Below, piece by piece: positions 27,541-39,295 of a DNA stretch of 64,000 nucleotides (the stretch's first letter is position 1; every line of letters begins with the position of its first letter). Where the stretch lies: the NCBI GenBank assembly GCA_973895155.1, contig OZ316891.1:30201112-30265111 (forward strand). Direction: 5' to 3'. The notes under the pieces are model-generated. The model did no database searches, was not told the DNA's origin, and saw only the letters and a program-made list of their open reading frames with translations. The DNA is from Marsupella aquatica. Taxonomy: Eukaryota; Plantae; Marchantiophyta. Made by a program: the position numbers and the translations under genes.

Positions 27541-27849
27541 CATGGGGACTTCACTTCTTTTCGTCCGACCCATTGTGCGTGAAGAAGTTAGGGTTTTTTA
27601 AAATTTAATTGGGTGGAAGAATTTAAAATTTTTGCTGAAGAAAAATAGAAGTATATTTCAATCCAATTTTAAGAATTATAAAAACTATATGGGGTCTTGA
27701 ATTCCAAATTTGAAAATACTCCTAGAATATTCCATAAAGTTGGGGGTTAAAAATAGTAAAAATATACTTAAGTTTTTAAGTTTTAGGGTGTTTATTACTT
27801 GAAAACTTTGTGCATGATATGGGACCTCCCTTAGAGTGAGGTCCACAAG
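27541..27849. mobile_element. 309-bp MITE, older relative of the CTCGGG family (copy 4)
   Basis: Imperfect TIR CATGGGGACTTCACT / AGTGAGGTCCACAAG and TSD GTGTCGTC / GTGTGGTC. The interior shares motifs with copy 2 (aatccaatttt.agaat, agaatattcca...ggggttaaaaa). Confidence 0.72.
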
Positions 27850-28488
27850 GTGTGGTCTGATCAAGATCTGCCCATAATCTCCTCTGGTCAAAACATTATG
27901 TTGGCCAAACTTTAGTGTTGACTTCCCTATTGTGAAAACCCCACTCCCAAAATGTCCGTTCGTGTTCCAGTAAGGGCATTCAGCCTGACTTTTTGGGTTT
28001 TGCTTACTAGTTCGGTGAACAAAATATCACAATCACTATATTCATTAAAACTGTACTTTTAAAAGTCCATAAGATGAACCCTAAAGTTATTTTTTTCAGG
28101 CCAAATTTCTATTAAAGCATTCCCAAAAGCTAATTTTTTTCAGCCCAAATATACACTTTTGAACGCCCAAAATTTTGTTTTTTTCACCCAAATGTTTAAT
28201 AATAACTTAAATCAGATATTCTAATTAATTTAAAAATTAGAGTAAATTTAATTTAGTCCAAAAATCAGAGGCCAATACCACTCAGACCATCTATAAATTA
28301 AAAAATATAGATGGTCATAAATCAAGGGTCAAAATGAGATTGACCCACTATATAATTATTAAATTGTCCAGTCCAGTGAGAGAGCCTCACACTAAGCATA
28401 TCCTAATTATTTACTTTATCCTACATGTTCAAAACATATCCTTTGACATAATATGAATGTACAATTCAGGGTAGGCACTAGAGCAACC

Positions 28489-31400
28489 CTATCTCCTAAT
28501 GATCAAGACAAAACTCATTTGAACAAGAAAGTCTGCTTCCTGATTTATCATAGCGGATGTCACGGTTGCAAGTATCTCTCGCATGGTGGTTCTTAAACTT
28601 ATTGGTGAGATCCCTATAGTAGTTCTGAGAACTTTCCAAATAAAATGCCTTCTATTTTGTGTATGAGGACCAGAATAGTTGTCTCCAAGTATTACGTTTG
28701 CAGTTTCTTCGATCTCATCCGTGGTCCACGTCTCTAGTGGTGGGTAATGCTGCACCTCGTTTTTTCCGTCCCAAGGAATCTCTTCAGGAGTCACATCCAA
28801 GATGGTTCCAAACTCCTTATGGATACAACGACAATCTCCCCACTTCTGTTCCAAAAGAGCATAGATGGCAGCATGATCCTCCTTGCTTGTTAATAAATTG
28901 AAAACATACCACTTTGGATTGTTGACAGTGATATAATGTTGAACACAGTAAGCCTTTCTCAATTTGCAAAGATACGGCCATAATATCTCGGGCAAAAAAG
29001 TGTCATTTGAAGCTGTGTGAGTAAATAGATTTGGAAACAATCCATTCACGTCATAATTCAAAAATGCCTTCAATGGAGAATCATCAATAAGAACTGTATT
29101 AGAAGCATCATATTTTTCTGGAAAATGGTCCCAAATGGTTTGCAAATTCTTCAGAAGTAAATTGGCCTTCCCATCTGTTATATCTGGCCTTTGGATGCAA
29201 CTATCAAAGGTATCTTCTTGAGTAAAGACAAACTTGAACTTCTGTCGCTCCTCCTCAGTGAAAATCAACTCCATTAAGTCCATTGTTTTTGGCCTCCTTG
29301 CACAAGTCCAAATTGCGATGTCAAAAACCATGAAAGCTGCATATAGAAATTCGTGGAGGTATGGGCGCTCCACATACATGAAATTAAACCCTCCACGTCT
29401 CCCCTAGTGCACACCACGTAAACTTGTCTGATTTCGCCATGGTCCTGAGCTTCTGGTCTTAATGCAATCCCAACAAATCTTGTTAAGGTCAAGAACCAAG
29501 AGCTTTCGCCGGATCGGAGAGTGTAGTATTGGAGTGAATTCTGGAAACATTAAAATAAGCCCTTAGTCAATGCGACTCAAAGTTTAAACAATTACTACGG
29601 AGGAAAACTCTCAAAATTTGAAATCAAACAAACTTTGTTATAGCATTTGAAGTAGAGAGGAACAACCCTGGGGCGACCCTCCTAGAAAAACATTAATTAC
29701 ATTCAGATGCCATTTTTTAGATCCAAAGTATACCTGGGTCAAACCCTTCCTCCACAGCAACGCTTTCCGAGGGAATGCCAACAAAATCCTTTGAGGAAGG
29801 AGATTCTACGACGGAACTTTGGTCTGTAAAAAAGTATATTATTACAAAGATAAAGCTTAGATTGTCATTAAAATACCAAGAACCAAAGAAAGGGCTAATA
29901 ATTTCCAATGCTAAAATGCCCAAATTCAACTATTGTTTGATCACCTAGAACACTCTGTATCTCAGAATTGATACCACTGGGAAGTTGCTCTTCAAAGGAT
30001 GGGGGTGCAAAAACTGGGCTCAATCTCAAGTTCAGTTTTTTGTAATCTGATTTTGCCATTATCTTTGGAGCATCGTCTAGTGATTCTATCATTCCAACCT
30101 TTGGTCCATTTCTCCATATAAAATGAGTTGCAGGATGGACTGTTTTCATATATCCAGTTCTGCCGATCTCGGATCCAGAATTTTGTGAAAATGATAATAC
30201 TACGGGGCTTCCTGTAGAAGCACTTGTAAAAACCAATTTAGTCTCTGATGAGCAATATAGAGGAGACAGGGGAGGATTTGAAGCACCTACCTTCTCTTCT
30301 TCATTTGCAGCGGTCTTAGGTACTTGACGATCATCCTCCTTTGCAAGCGCAATGTCTGATATTTCTCCCAGTTCTACTGCGTCAATATTGCCTAGACCAT
30401 CTGCGGTTGCCTTCCAATGTGCTTCCGATGTGGACGATGTAAGATCTGGGTCCGATTGGTGCATCCAATTCTCTACACCGGCAAAGGGATTTCTTGGTGG
30501 GTCGCCCTCAGGTCGACCCACAACATCGGCCAACCCCACACCAAAGTAGGGAATACCTACCACTTGTGTTCCACGTTCATCCAAATTTCGGGTGACCTTG
30601 TCGTCTGTGTCATGACCCAATACTCCTTCCTCAATATCATCTTCGCCCTGGTCTACGCCTTCTTTGGCACCAACATGCTCGGAAACCCCATCGCGGGCTC
30701 TACCAAATTTGGAACCGCCCATCCGGTCACTCATTATGGAAGGAACTTTCTCGTAGAGAACCCTTCCATATGCCTGAGTGAAATCATATTCATCCTCAGT
30801 GTCTGAATACGCAAAGCATTCTCTGAAACACAACAATGACACCTTCATAACCTGTCCTCCCGAGAAAAAGTCAAGTATAGTCTCCCCTTCAGCCAAAAAA
30901 AATTCAATAATACTCTGCAGCATACATTTTGGCTTAGCGTGAATATTCACAAAGCCACCTCTACTTCCCACCATCTCAAACATGGGAGCCTTTTGTAAGA
31001 AATCTCCAATGTGAAATGCTGAAGTTGACTCAGTCTCTGTCTCCTTACTTGTCTTACTCTTATTCTTATCTCGCTTTTCCGTCTTGTCTTCCACTTGGAA
31101 ATCAGGGTCGATCGCCGAATTGTAAGAAAATTGGCAATTAAATCCAGGCCTGAACACTTACTTCCAATCAAATTTCTCCTCAGTGGTGATTCCTGCAAAG
31201 ATTATCTCTTCCATACCACAACTGAAAAGTAAGCCCTCTGGAACTGGTGTATCACTCCGTCGATAGCTCCCGTAGTCAACGTGGATGTCCATTCCCTTTT
31301 CATGTTGCAATTTCCTAAGGGCACTCAAAATGTTTGCAGCAAGTGGCCCCGGATGCACAGTCATGACAACAACAATTGTTGGATTTCTTGGAAGATCCAC

Positions 31401-34400
31401 AATGTATTGCAGTAATGCAATAATTTCAGCATCGGTCCAAACATGTTGTCGGAGCCTACTAAAGTCAACAATGGCAAGAGGACACAAGGCGAAGGCTCTT
31501 GTAGCATTTCCGGCACGGTCGTCTTCATCAAATTCTCACTAAGAAATGTCAAGAAAGGCTCCGTGCGAGAACGACCAATCCCACCAAATTCTTTAAAATA
31601 CAACCCATCTAGTCTGACCATCAGACTTTGTGGGAAACTCTCCTTGACCACATTCTTCTTCAATGAATTGTTGAGGTAAACCTCACCCGCTGCTCTCCTC
31701 AATTTTGTCATCTCAAGCTCAGATTTCAAGGAAGGCAACAATATCACCAGAGACTCCCAAGATGTGCCAACAGGAAACTTATCACGATACTTTTCCACAA
31801 AATAGCCAATAATGACTGTTCTCAATTTGGACATTATCTTGATTGTAAGGGCCAAGTCTCCCATTGCGACAAGCTCTGATTTGTTGGTGATATCCTTCTT
31901 CAGCAAGACACGCTCCTCTTCAACGTCCTTCAAGATCTCAATTATCTATTTGCTACTAATCTCTCCTTCAAAGCATCGAAAGGTACCAGGAGTGATCAAT
32001 TTTGGGGGTCTTGGCCCTCCATACCCACCAGCCCCATCTTGGAGCTTCCCACTCAACCATTTTGCACACACGTTCTGCCATAATTCAAAGAGCTCATCTT
32101 CGGCAAAAAGTAACCAATAAATGCTCTTTAGGCTTGACTTCCCCATTGTAACCTTTGCCTGGGCAAACCAATCCTGCATATCCAATGGACTTGATATTAG
32201 TTTCAGGGTACAATGCATATGTTAGAAAATTTATACCTATGTTTGAAACAGGCTAAGCCGCCTCGCCCCAAGGGCGTGGCGAACCTCTACATCTAACTGC
32301 AATTGACTGAAACGGAACTAGGGAATTCTTCTTAGAGAGACTAGTCTAGGTTGCCTCGCCCTGAGGGCGAGGCAAACATTTGCTTTAATCTTCTAACCAA
32401 GGAAAACAAGAAAAGGCAGCCTCGCCCTTGGGGCAAGGCAAACCTCTACCATTGACAATCTTTAAACAAAGCGGATCAAGAATAGTTTGCGTTGCTCCAA
32501 CATGTACCTAATAGTTTTTCCTGTCTGTATTTTGATTGGTCCCAATCCCTGGACGCGGCGGTTTCCCGCACTCCTCAAATTGCCTTCGTGCATGAACAAT
32601 AGTCTCTAAAAAACAAGACTTAAATTGCATAGTATCATTGACAGCATTCGATAAACTTGAATGCTCAACCAAAATTGTCTTCGGAGTGAGGTCAGATAGG
32701 ATCCTTGCTTTCCTATACTTTAGTTTGTTGGCAAGATCTGTCAGCTTGGCGTCAGTCTCGGCCCACCCTTGGATCCATTGGGCAGCTCTTCCAGAATGCT
32801 GGCCACTGATGGCAAGGAATTGGATCTCATGCTTCTTCACACCAATCAAAAACTCTTTCCTATCCTGAGGTGTGTTGTCATAATGAAGCAACTGTTTAGT
32901 GCTCTCGCGATACGAAATCAAATCAGCAACTTGTGGTTCCTATCCAGGGTTTTTCATCATAGACTTTGATATCTCCATTGCATGCGAAAGATTGAACATT
33001 CGATATACAAAAACGGCCGATGGCGGATTAATACTTTTTACAAGAATATCAAAAACTTCGCGGATGCCACAAGTATAATACTGCTCAATATTACGCAAAA
33101 CCTCTTGGCCTTTGAGCACATCATCTTCTTTGGGTCCTTCTGTCGGACACATATCATCCTCTGGATGCAAGACAAAGTTTGAAGTCGACCCTGACATTGG
33201 TTTTGATTTCGCAACCTTTGCCTTCTTTGTCTGCTTTTTTTGGGGGCCCTCATCATCTTCATTTTTTTTAGCCATCTTCTTACGACGTGAACTCCCAGAT
33301 TGTTTCTCTTGTTGAACAACCGGCTCTTGAAGCTTTCGTTTCTTCTCTGTCTTTGATTGCGCACTTCTTTCCACTATCTTCTTTCTCTCCTTTGCCTTAT
33401 GCTTTGCTTCTTTTTTCTTCATCTCTGAAATCCACGTCCGGCAAGCGGCCTCTTGAAACTCTGGACAAAAAATGAAACTCTTGTCGATTGCTTGCTCGTA
33501 TGAAAAATGTGCCTTCTCAATCATCCTTTGAACTATCCAAGTAGACGGAGGGTCCACACTGTCCGCATTGTCATGCATGTGCTTCTTTACGTAGAGAAAT
33601 CCAAACACTAGGTCAACTCCACTTATTTGAGAACGCATCTTCTCAAACATCTGATCAATTGTTACTCCATCTGGGAAGAATCCCATATCAGCTACGCTTA
33701 TCTCCAATCGAGCCATCCACTCAACATTCAGTAAAGTCGAGTAGAGTTTTATTGGCACCAGAAGTCTCATCCACTGAGATTTCTCATTGGACTCAACAAT
33801 AATCGTTGCATTGCGGTTGTTGTCCGTGTTCACAAGGACGACTGGACCTAGAGTAACAATTGTCTTGCGGTCATTCAATTGACTCGTGAGGCCCTTGAAA
33901 CAAATCAAGAGACTGCCTTCCGCCGACACCCCAACTTCTAGTGCCCATCTAAATCCTGGAGTATCTTGGTCAGGGAAAACAAAGTCCTTGATATCCTCAT
34001 CCATAATATTTAACTCCGGCTTCTCAAGATTTTTTCCTGGTAAGAAACATTGAAAACAAAATGGTCAGCATCATATTTTTAACATTGACATGTGGAAAAC
34101 TTTCAAGGTGCCTCACCCTTGGGGCGAGGCGACAAATAGAAGATTGCAAAATCTTCTTTGCTCCTAGTGCAATTAGCCCTGCCACCTCATCCAAGCAATC
34201 AAACATTATTTAGGAATGCAGACGACATCGCCTCGCCCCAAGGGCGAGGCAACTTCTGGAAAGTAGACAACATTTAGGAATGCAGAGGACATCGCCTTGC
34301 CCCAAGGGCGAGGCAACTTCTGGGAAAGCAGACAACATTTAGGAATGTAGAGGACATCACCTCGCCCCAAGGGCGAGGCAACTTCTGGGAATGCAGACAA

Positions 34401-34907
34401 CATTTAGGAATGCAGATAACATCGCCTCGCCCCAAGGGCGAGGCAACTTCTGGGAATGCAGACTACATTTTAGGAATGCAGACAATATCGCCTCGCCCCA
34501 AGAGCGAGGCAAAAAATAGAATATAGCTTAAGATCCTTTATTAATGTAAGATACAAGGTCCAATACACCTTCGGAGCAACAAGAAATCTAGAATGAAGTA
34601 GACATCGCCTCGACCTTGGGGCGAGGCGACTACAAAGGAATATAGAAATTTTCCTAATAAGAAGTTTGAAATCCAAATTAAAGTAAAGTTGCCTTGCCCT
34701 TAGGGCGAGGCAAGAAGTTGAAGCAGGTGGTGCCTTACGTGGAAAAGTTAACTGGGCTTTCTTTGACGCCTCCAATGCATTGTTAACCAATTTTTGGACA
34801 TCCGGGTCTTCAGGGTCATATTCATACAGAGAGTTATAATTGAAGTTCAATGACTCTTGAGAACTGGCGGAGGTGGTGGAAGCTTCAGAACTGGAGGAAG
34901 TAGACAT
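28489..34907 (-). pseudogene. Large spliced TE-type gene: K-rich region, ParB-like domain, N4/N6 DNA-methyltransferase-like domain, acidic linker and FCP1/NIF HAD phosphatase-like domain; disrupted
   Basis: Exon 1 (34907-34739) splices in frame to 34036. Further GT-AG introns lie at 32507-32174, ~29.9k-29.82k and ~29733-29541. Motifs: FLAISGQHSGRAA (~32.8k); HAKPKCMLQSIIEFFLAEGETILDFFSGG (~30.85-30.95k); RKLLVLDLN (~29.5k), RPYLHEFL, IAIWT, KNLQTIW and NTVLIDDSPLKA. In-frame stops at 32940, 32508 and 31158 plus several frameshifts. Confidence 0.7.
34209..34510. repeat. Five tandem ~65-bp units, each with the 21-bp palindrome GCCTCGCCC-CAA-GGGCGAGGC
   Basis: Palindrome starts at 34230, 34294, 34359, 34424 and 34490, inside intron 1 of the minus-strand gene. 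Confidence 0.92.
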
Positions 34908-36071
34908 TGTAAGGGGCGAGTGAGATTTAAGATGACACGTGGCAGCAATGGAGAATGCCACAGGCTGCAAGAGGGCACTAACAGGCAAACAATGATCGAG
35001 GGAGCGACCCAAAAGGGAAGTGAGCAAGGCGGAAATAAAAGCCTTAGAGCGAGGCGGAAAAAAAATCCCAAGAGCGAGGCAAAAACAAAAGCCCTAGAGC
35101 GAGGCAAGAGGGAGGCAAGGAGTGAGGAGACGAGAGAGGAGGCAAGAGGGAGGCAAGGAAATGAGGCCTCAAGCGCAAGGCCTGCCTGCCTATACCCCCT
35201 ACGAGCGAGGAGTCCGAGGAGGCAAGGATCCGAGAGGGTACGGAGGCATCAATGCGCGCCAATGATGGAGACCCTCCTCGCTGCATGTGATCGTGAGTCA
35301 CCGATGGTGTGACCACTCACGACCACTCGCGACTCACCTACCAATTTTAAACTTCCGAGCTGTCAGCGATGTGTGCTCGCAACTCACCTATCACTCGTGA
35401 GTGATTGGCTGACACCCTATCCGATGTCTACTTGTGTGCTGGGTGCGTGCCTCATCCACCCGTGCCTGATCTATTGGTGTCCACTCGTGTGCTGGGTAAT
35501 GTGTGGGCTTTTTGCCTCTCAAACTGAGTATAGACCTCCCACAATCCATGTTTTGGTTCATTGTCATTTAGACAGTGATTGGTACGATCACTGACTCTCC
35601 TCTGTCCGAGTGCCTTGTTTAGGTCCGCATGGTTGAATGCAAGATTTAGTAAGGGCACTGGTGAGCACTGTGGTGCTAAGAGTTATAATGCTGGCATCCA
35701 AGGTACCCATTTAGCTTGTACAAGGGTGGGCAGAGATATATTGCGGAGCAGGTTAGTGATTTTATTTATTTATCTTAGAAGTACTAGCTCAACTACATCT
35801 AATTCAATACCTTTAAGCCAAACCTAGATTAAGATTTACACATTAGGTTCTAGATCATATATTTTACTCATTTCTAGACCTTTATCCACAGTCTAGCATG
35901 TGTAGAACTTACTGTACCCCTTTATGTGATTACTAACATAGTTTCTAGAAGTGGGTCGGAATTATTTCGTGCCGACCTGACTATGTCATCTTAACTAGCA
36001 TTTTAAACTGGTATATAAAAGCATAAGCAAGATAGTTTCACAAATAGTTTTGACATAATTTCAACTTAATA

Positions 36072-36400
36072 GTTGGAGTAGGGTCGAAATAATTCCGACC
36101 CAACTTGTCAATGTTTAGTCAATTAAATCATTTTAAGACATATTGTTGGAGGAGGGTCGAAATAATTCCGACCCGACTTGTAAATGTTTAGTCAATTCAA
36201 TCATTTTAAGACATATTGTTGGAGGAGGGTTGAAATAATTCCGACCCAACTTGTAAATGTTTAGTCAATTCAATCATTCAAGACATATTGTTGGAGGAGG
36301 GTCGAAATAATTCCGACCTGACTTGTAAATGTTTAGTCAATTCAATCATTTCAAGACATAATGTTGGAGGAGGGTCGAAATAATTCCGACCCGACTTGAA
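36072..36400. repeat. Five tandem ~73-bp units, each with the 21-bp palindrome GGGTCGAAAT-A-ATTCCGACCC
   Basis: Palindrome starts at 36081, 36154, 36227, 36299 and 36372. An inverted degenerate copy lies at ~35953. Confidence 0.92.
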
Positions 36401-36524
36401 TGTATTTAGGGTTTTGAGTGATTTTACAATATTTTTTGGAGGAGAGTCCAGATTTTGAAACATGATTGTAACATGGGGAACTTAACAATTTCTAACTTTA
36501 TTTGAATACAGATAGTCCGCTATC

Positions 36525-37730
36525 ATGATCAATTTTACACGAGGGGATGAAGTGTCATTGGTGATCGATGAATTTGAAACGGCAATTGGGATAGTTCAAA
36601 AGGTTGACCCCCAGGATACTATACAGAACATTTGTCTAGGGGATAATCGAATTGGGGTATTGATCAAAAAGTGTTTTGACGGATCACGTCAACTTCCATT
36701 TCCTTCGCCCAAATTTTCTACATTGGCTGAGGCAATTGACTCCTGCGTGATTTGGGATTGTGCATTGGCATACTTGAGGTCATCAACTCAGCGCCGAAGA
36801 ATCAATGTCGATGATTTCTCTTTGGCTGGAGATGCTGGAAATGATAAATCCAAAATTGATGTAAGGGTTGAAGAGGACGTGTTCAAGGAAGGAGATGAAG
36901 TTCAGATGTTCATTTTTGATCAGTTGGTTGCAAATGGAGTCGTTTTCAAGACAAATCCGATGGATATTTGTCATACTGAAACACTCGGGGTTGGTCGCAT
37001 CAGTATAAGAATATCTGATATTGTTAAGGGAAATCAAAAATTGCCATACTCGCACCCTGGAGCTGATACAATAGAAGAGGCCTTGCATACCTGGGTAATC
37101 TGGGATGTTGCGCATGTTTCTAGAAAGGGCACTCTACGAGATTTTGGCGTGTTTGGTAGTTCAAATATTTTCAATGATCTTCCATTAAAAGATTTTACAC
37201 TACGTTCCAACTGGATGGCGGAGGAGGTTGATTTGTATGACGCTTCTCGTTGTCGGAAGGTTGCAACAGGTGTTATCACGGTCCCATTTGAAACAGGTGC
37301 CGTTGACAATGAACTACTTGGTGCAGATCATGTTGGTGTTGTTGTTGTTAATATCAATGAACCCGGATTATTTCCAAATATCCGTGTTGGTAGCCCTGGC
37401 TTGGTGAGGTGGGAAATCAAATCCCTTCTATTGATTTCGTCTCAAAGGTTTCTTGGGGATCACTTCTTGCTTATCCTGTTCAGATCGAAGAGTCAAAGAT
37501 GGAAGCTTTTCTGAGATGAAGACATGGGATGTTTTTCAATTTGGATGGTGGTACTCACATAAGCTGGGCTTGCACAAGTAATAGTGCGTAGGCTCGGTCT
37601 TAGTCTGCAATTATAATGCTCCTTTGTTGTGGACCAATGGATAAGAAGCGCTATCGAGCATACAATTCTTAGTTGCGGAAGTTTTACAGAATTAGTTTGG
37701 AGACTTTGATAGAATTCTTTGGCCACCAAG
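36525..37730 (+). pseudogene. TE-associated protein with three tandem Tnp1/En-Spm-like (DUF8039-type) domains; 3' end frameshifted/truncated
   Basis: Three repeats of (GDEV)..VA.G.V...P......LG...I.V.I......LP.......TL.EA....V.WD in ORF 36525-37514. Coding-like sequence continues with stops (KKRYRAYNS*LRKF). An acceptor (aatacag) lies just upstream of the ATG. Confidence 0.65.
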
Positions 37731-39295
37731 GTAATCACAGGAGTCCAAAAGAGCATTAACTTTCTGAGTCGAACAGCTGCAATCGCACCAGGCCCGGGTG
37801 CACTTGTCTAGAGGATTGATTGTTGTTTCATACTGGGTTGTTTCCTACTTGCCTCTTATTGTACTGCATCTTCTATGTACTACAATTTGAGACTTATTTC
37901 CCCTTTTCAAAAAGCTCTGCACAAAACTATAATGTTCAGTTATCAAATCAAAGCAAAGCAACACAAAGTTTAAAAAGCTCTGGACCAACAGGTTTACTCG
38001 TGTCTGAGGTGTGTGTGTCCAGTGAACATGATGGAAACATTTTGACATTCTTAGCTTTTCAAAAATTTAGCTAATGTCACAAAACAAAACCTATTTTGAT
38101 AGCACAATGTTGTACACTTTTTGGCAGTCCACCACCCCAGCGAGATAGTAGCTTCTAATAATATCAGCTTTTATGTAAAAGTAAATTAGAGATTAAATTT
38201 CCACATTAGAAGCCCAAGAGTAGTCTTTTTTGGAGACAGACTGAAGAAATGGCCCTTCAGTTTACCTTTTCGCTCACTAGTATCTCTATAATTGTAACTA
38301 CATGCCTATAGGGTCACGACTAGCAGTTTCACTCCGGCAATTGGCAGGGTTTCTAGTATCTCCAGTCCTTTTGGCTGAAAAATTCATATCTTTGTTCAAA
38401 GAAAAACAAATTTACACACATTCCTTGGATCAACAAGGGGTCCACGGACTAATTTGAGGAGGGCATTATGTGAAGTATCACAAAAATAGGAAAGATAAAA
38501 CCCAAATATAGTGTTACCAAATAAAATAACATAATAACTTATCAAAATCACAAGATTTGTTTAAACTTCTTTCATGCCTTTGGCCAATTGCAGGCCCTTT
38601 TGCTTGGATTTTCTATTCAGAGATTCACTTTTTTGTTGTTTGTTACCCAAAAATCACTCAAGTTTTTAAGCACATTAATGTGCTAGTTATTGGCATTATG
38701 AGAATAATGCACTCAAAATTTGGGCTGCCACCCTCATTTTTCAGGGCATTATATCTCATAATGCCCCTCTAACCAGCACATTATCCTATTCAAAATGGTC
38801 TTGTCTTGTTTGTCTACAACCATGCTGACATGGCATGCTCCCGTGCCAGGATTTTGCAAAGGACCCTTAGGGGGAGTCAGTATATAGTGACATGCAAATA
38901 CAAAAACAAACTTTTATAATATTGTCAATTATAACTTCTTTAGTGAGAAGTAATTCAAAACTAAACCAAAATTATAAACATCTTTAATGATAATTAAAAA
39001 CTAACTAGCATAAAAGCTAAACAGACGAGTGCAGTGGTCGAGCAAGCGATGAAAGAAGAATCGATCCAGCGATTTGTGCGATTTGTGTACAGGAGTAGTA
39101 CAGTGGCGGTCATCGAGCCAGAAAGCCAGAAGCGGATGAGACGCTGAAGTGGGTCTTACTGCCGATCCGATTTAATCAGATGCAGCATGCTCGATCGAGT
39201 GATTTCATTGACAGATCTTGTGACTGCTCCCTCGTCGTCTTCATGCTCGTCTTTGTTTAATGAGGAATTGATGAGATCCAATCCATGCCAAGAAA

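Noticed and set aside
34209-36400. Palindromic repeat arrays as CRISPR arrays
   Set aside because: The sequences between palindromes are near-identical rather than unique spacers, the context is eukaryotic, and no cas genes are present.
28346-38889. CACTATATA (28346) / TATATAGTG (38881-38889) as CACTA termini
   Set aside because: The match is only 9 bp of AT-rich sequence and there is no 3-bp TSD.
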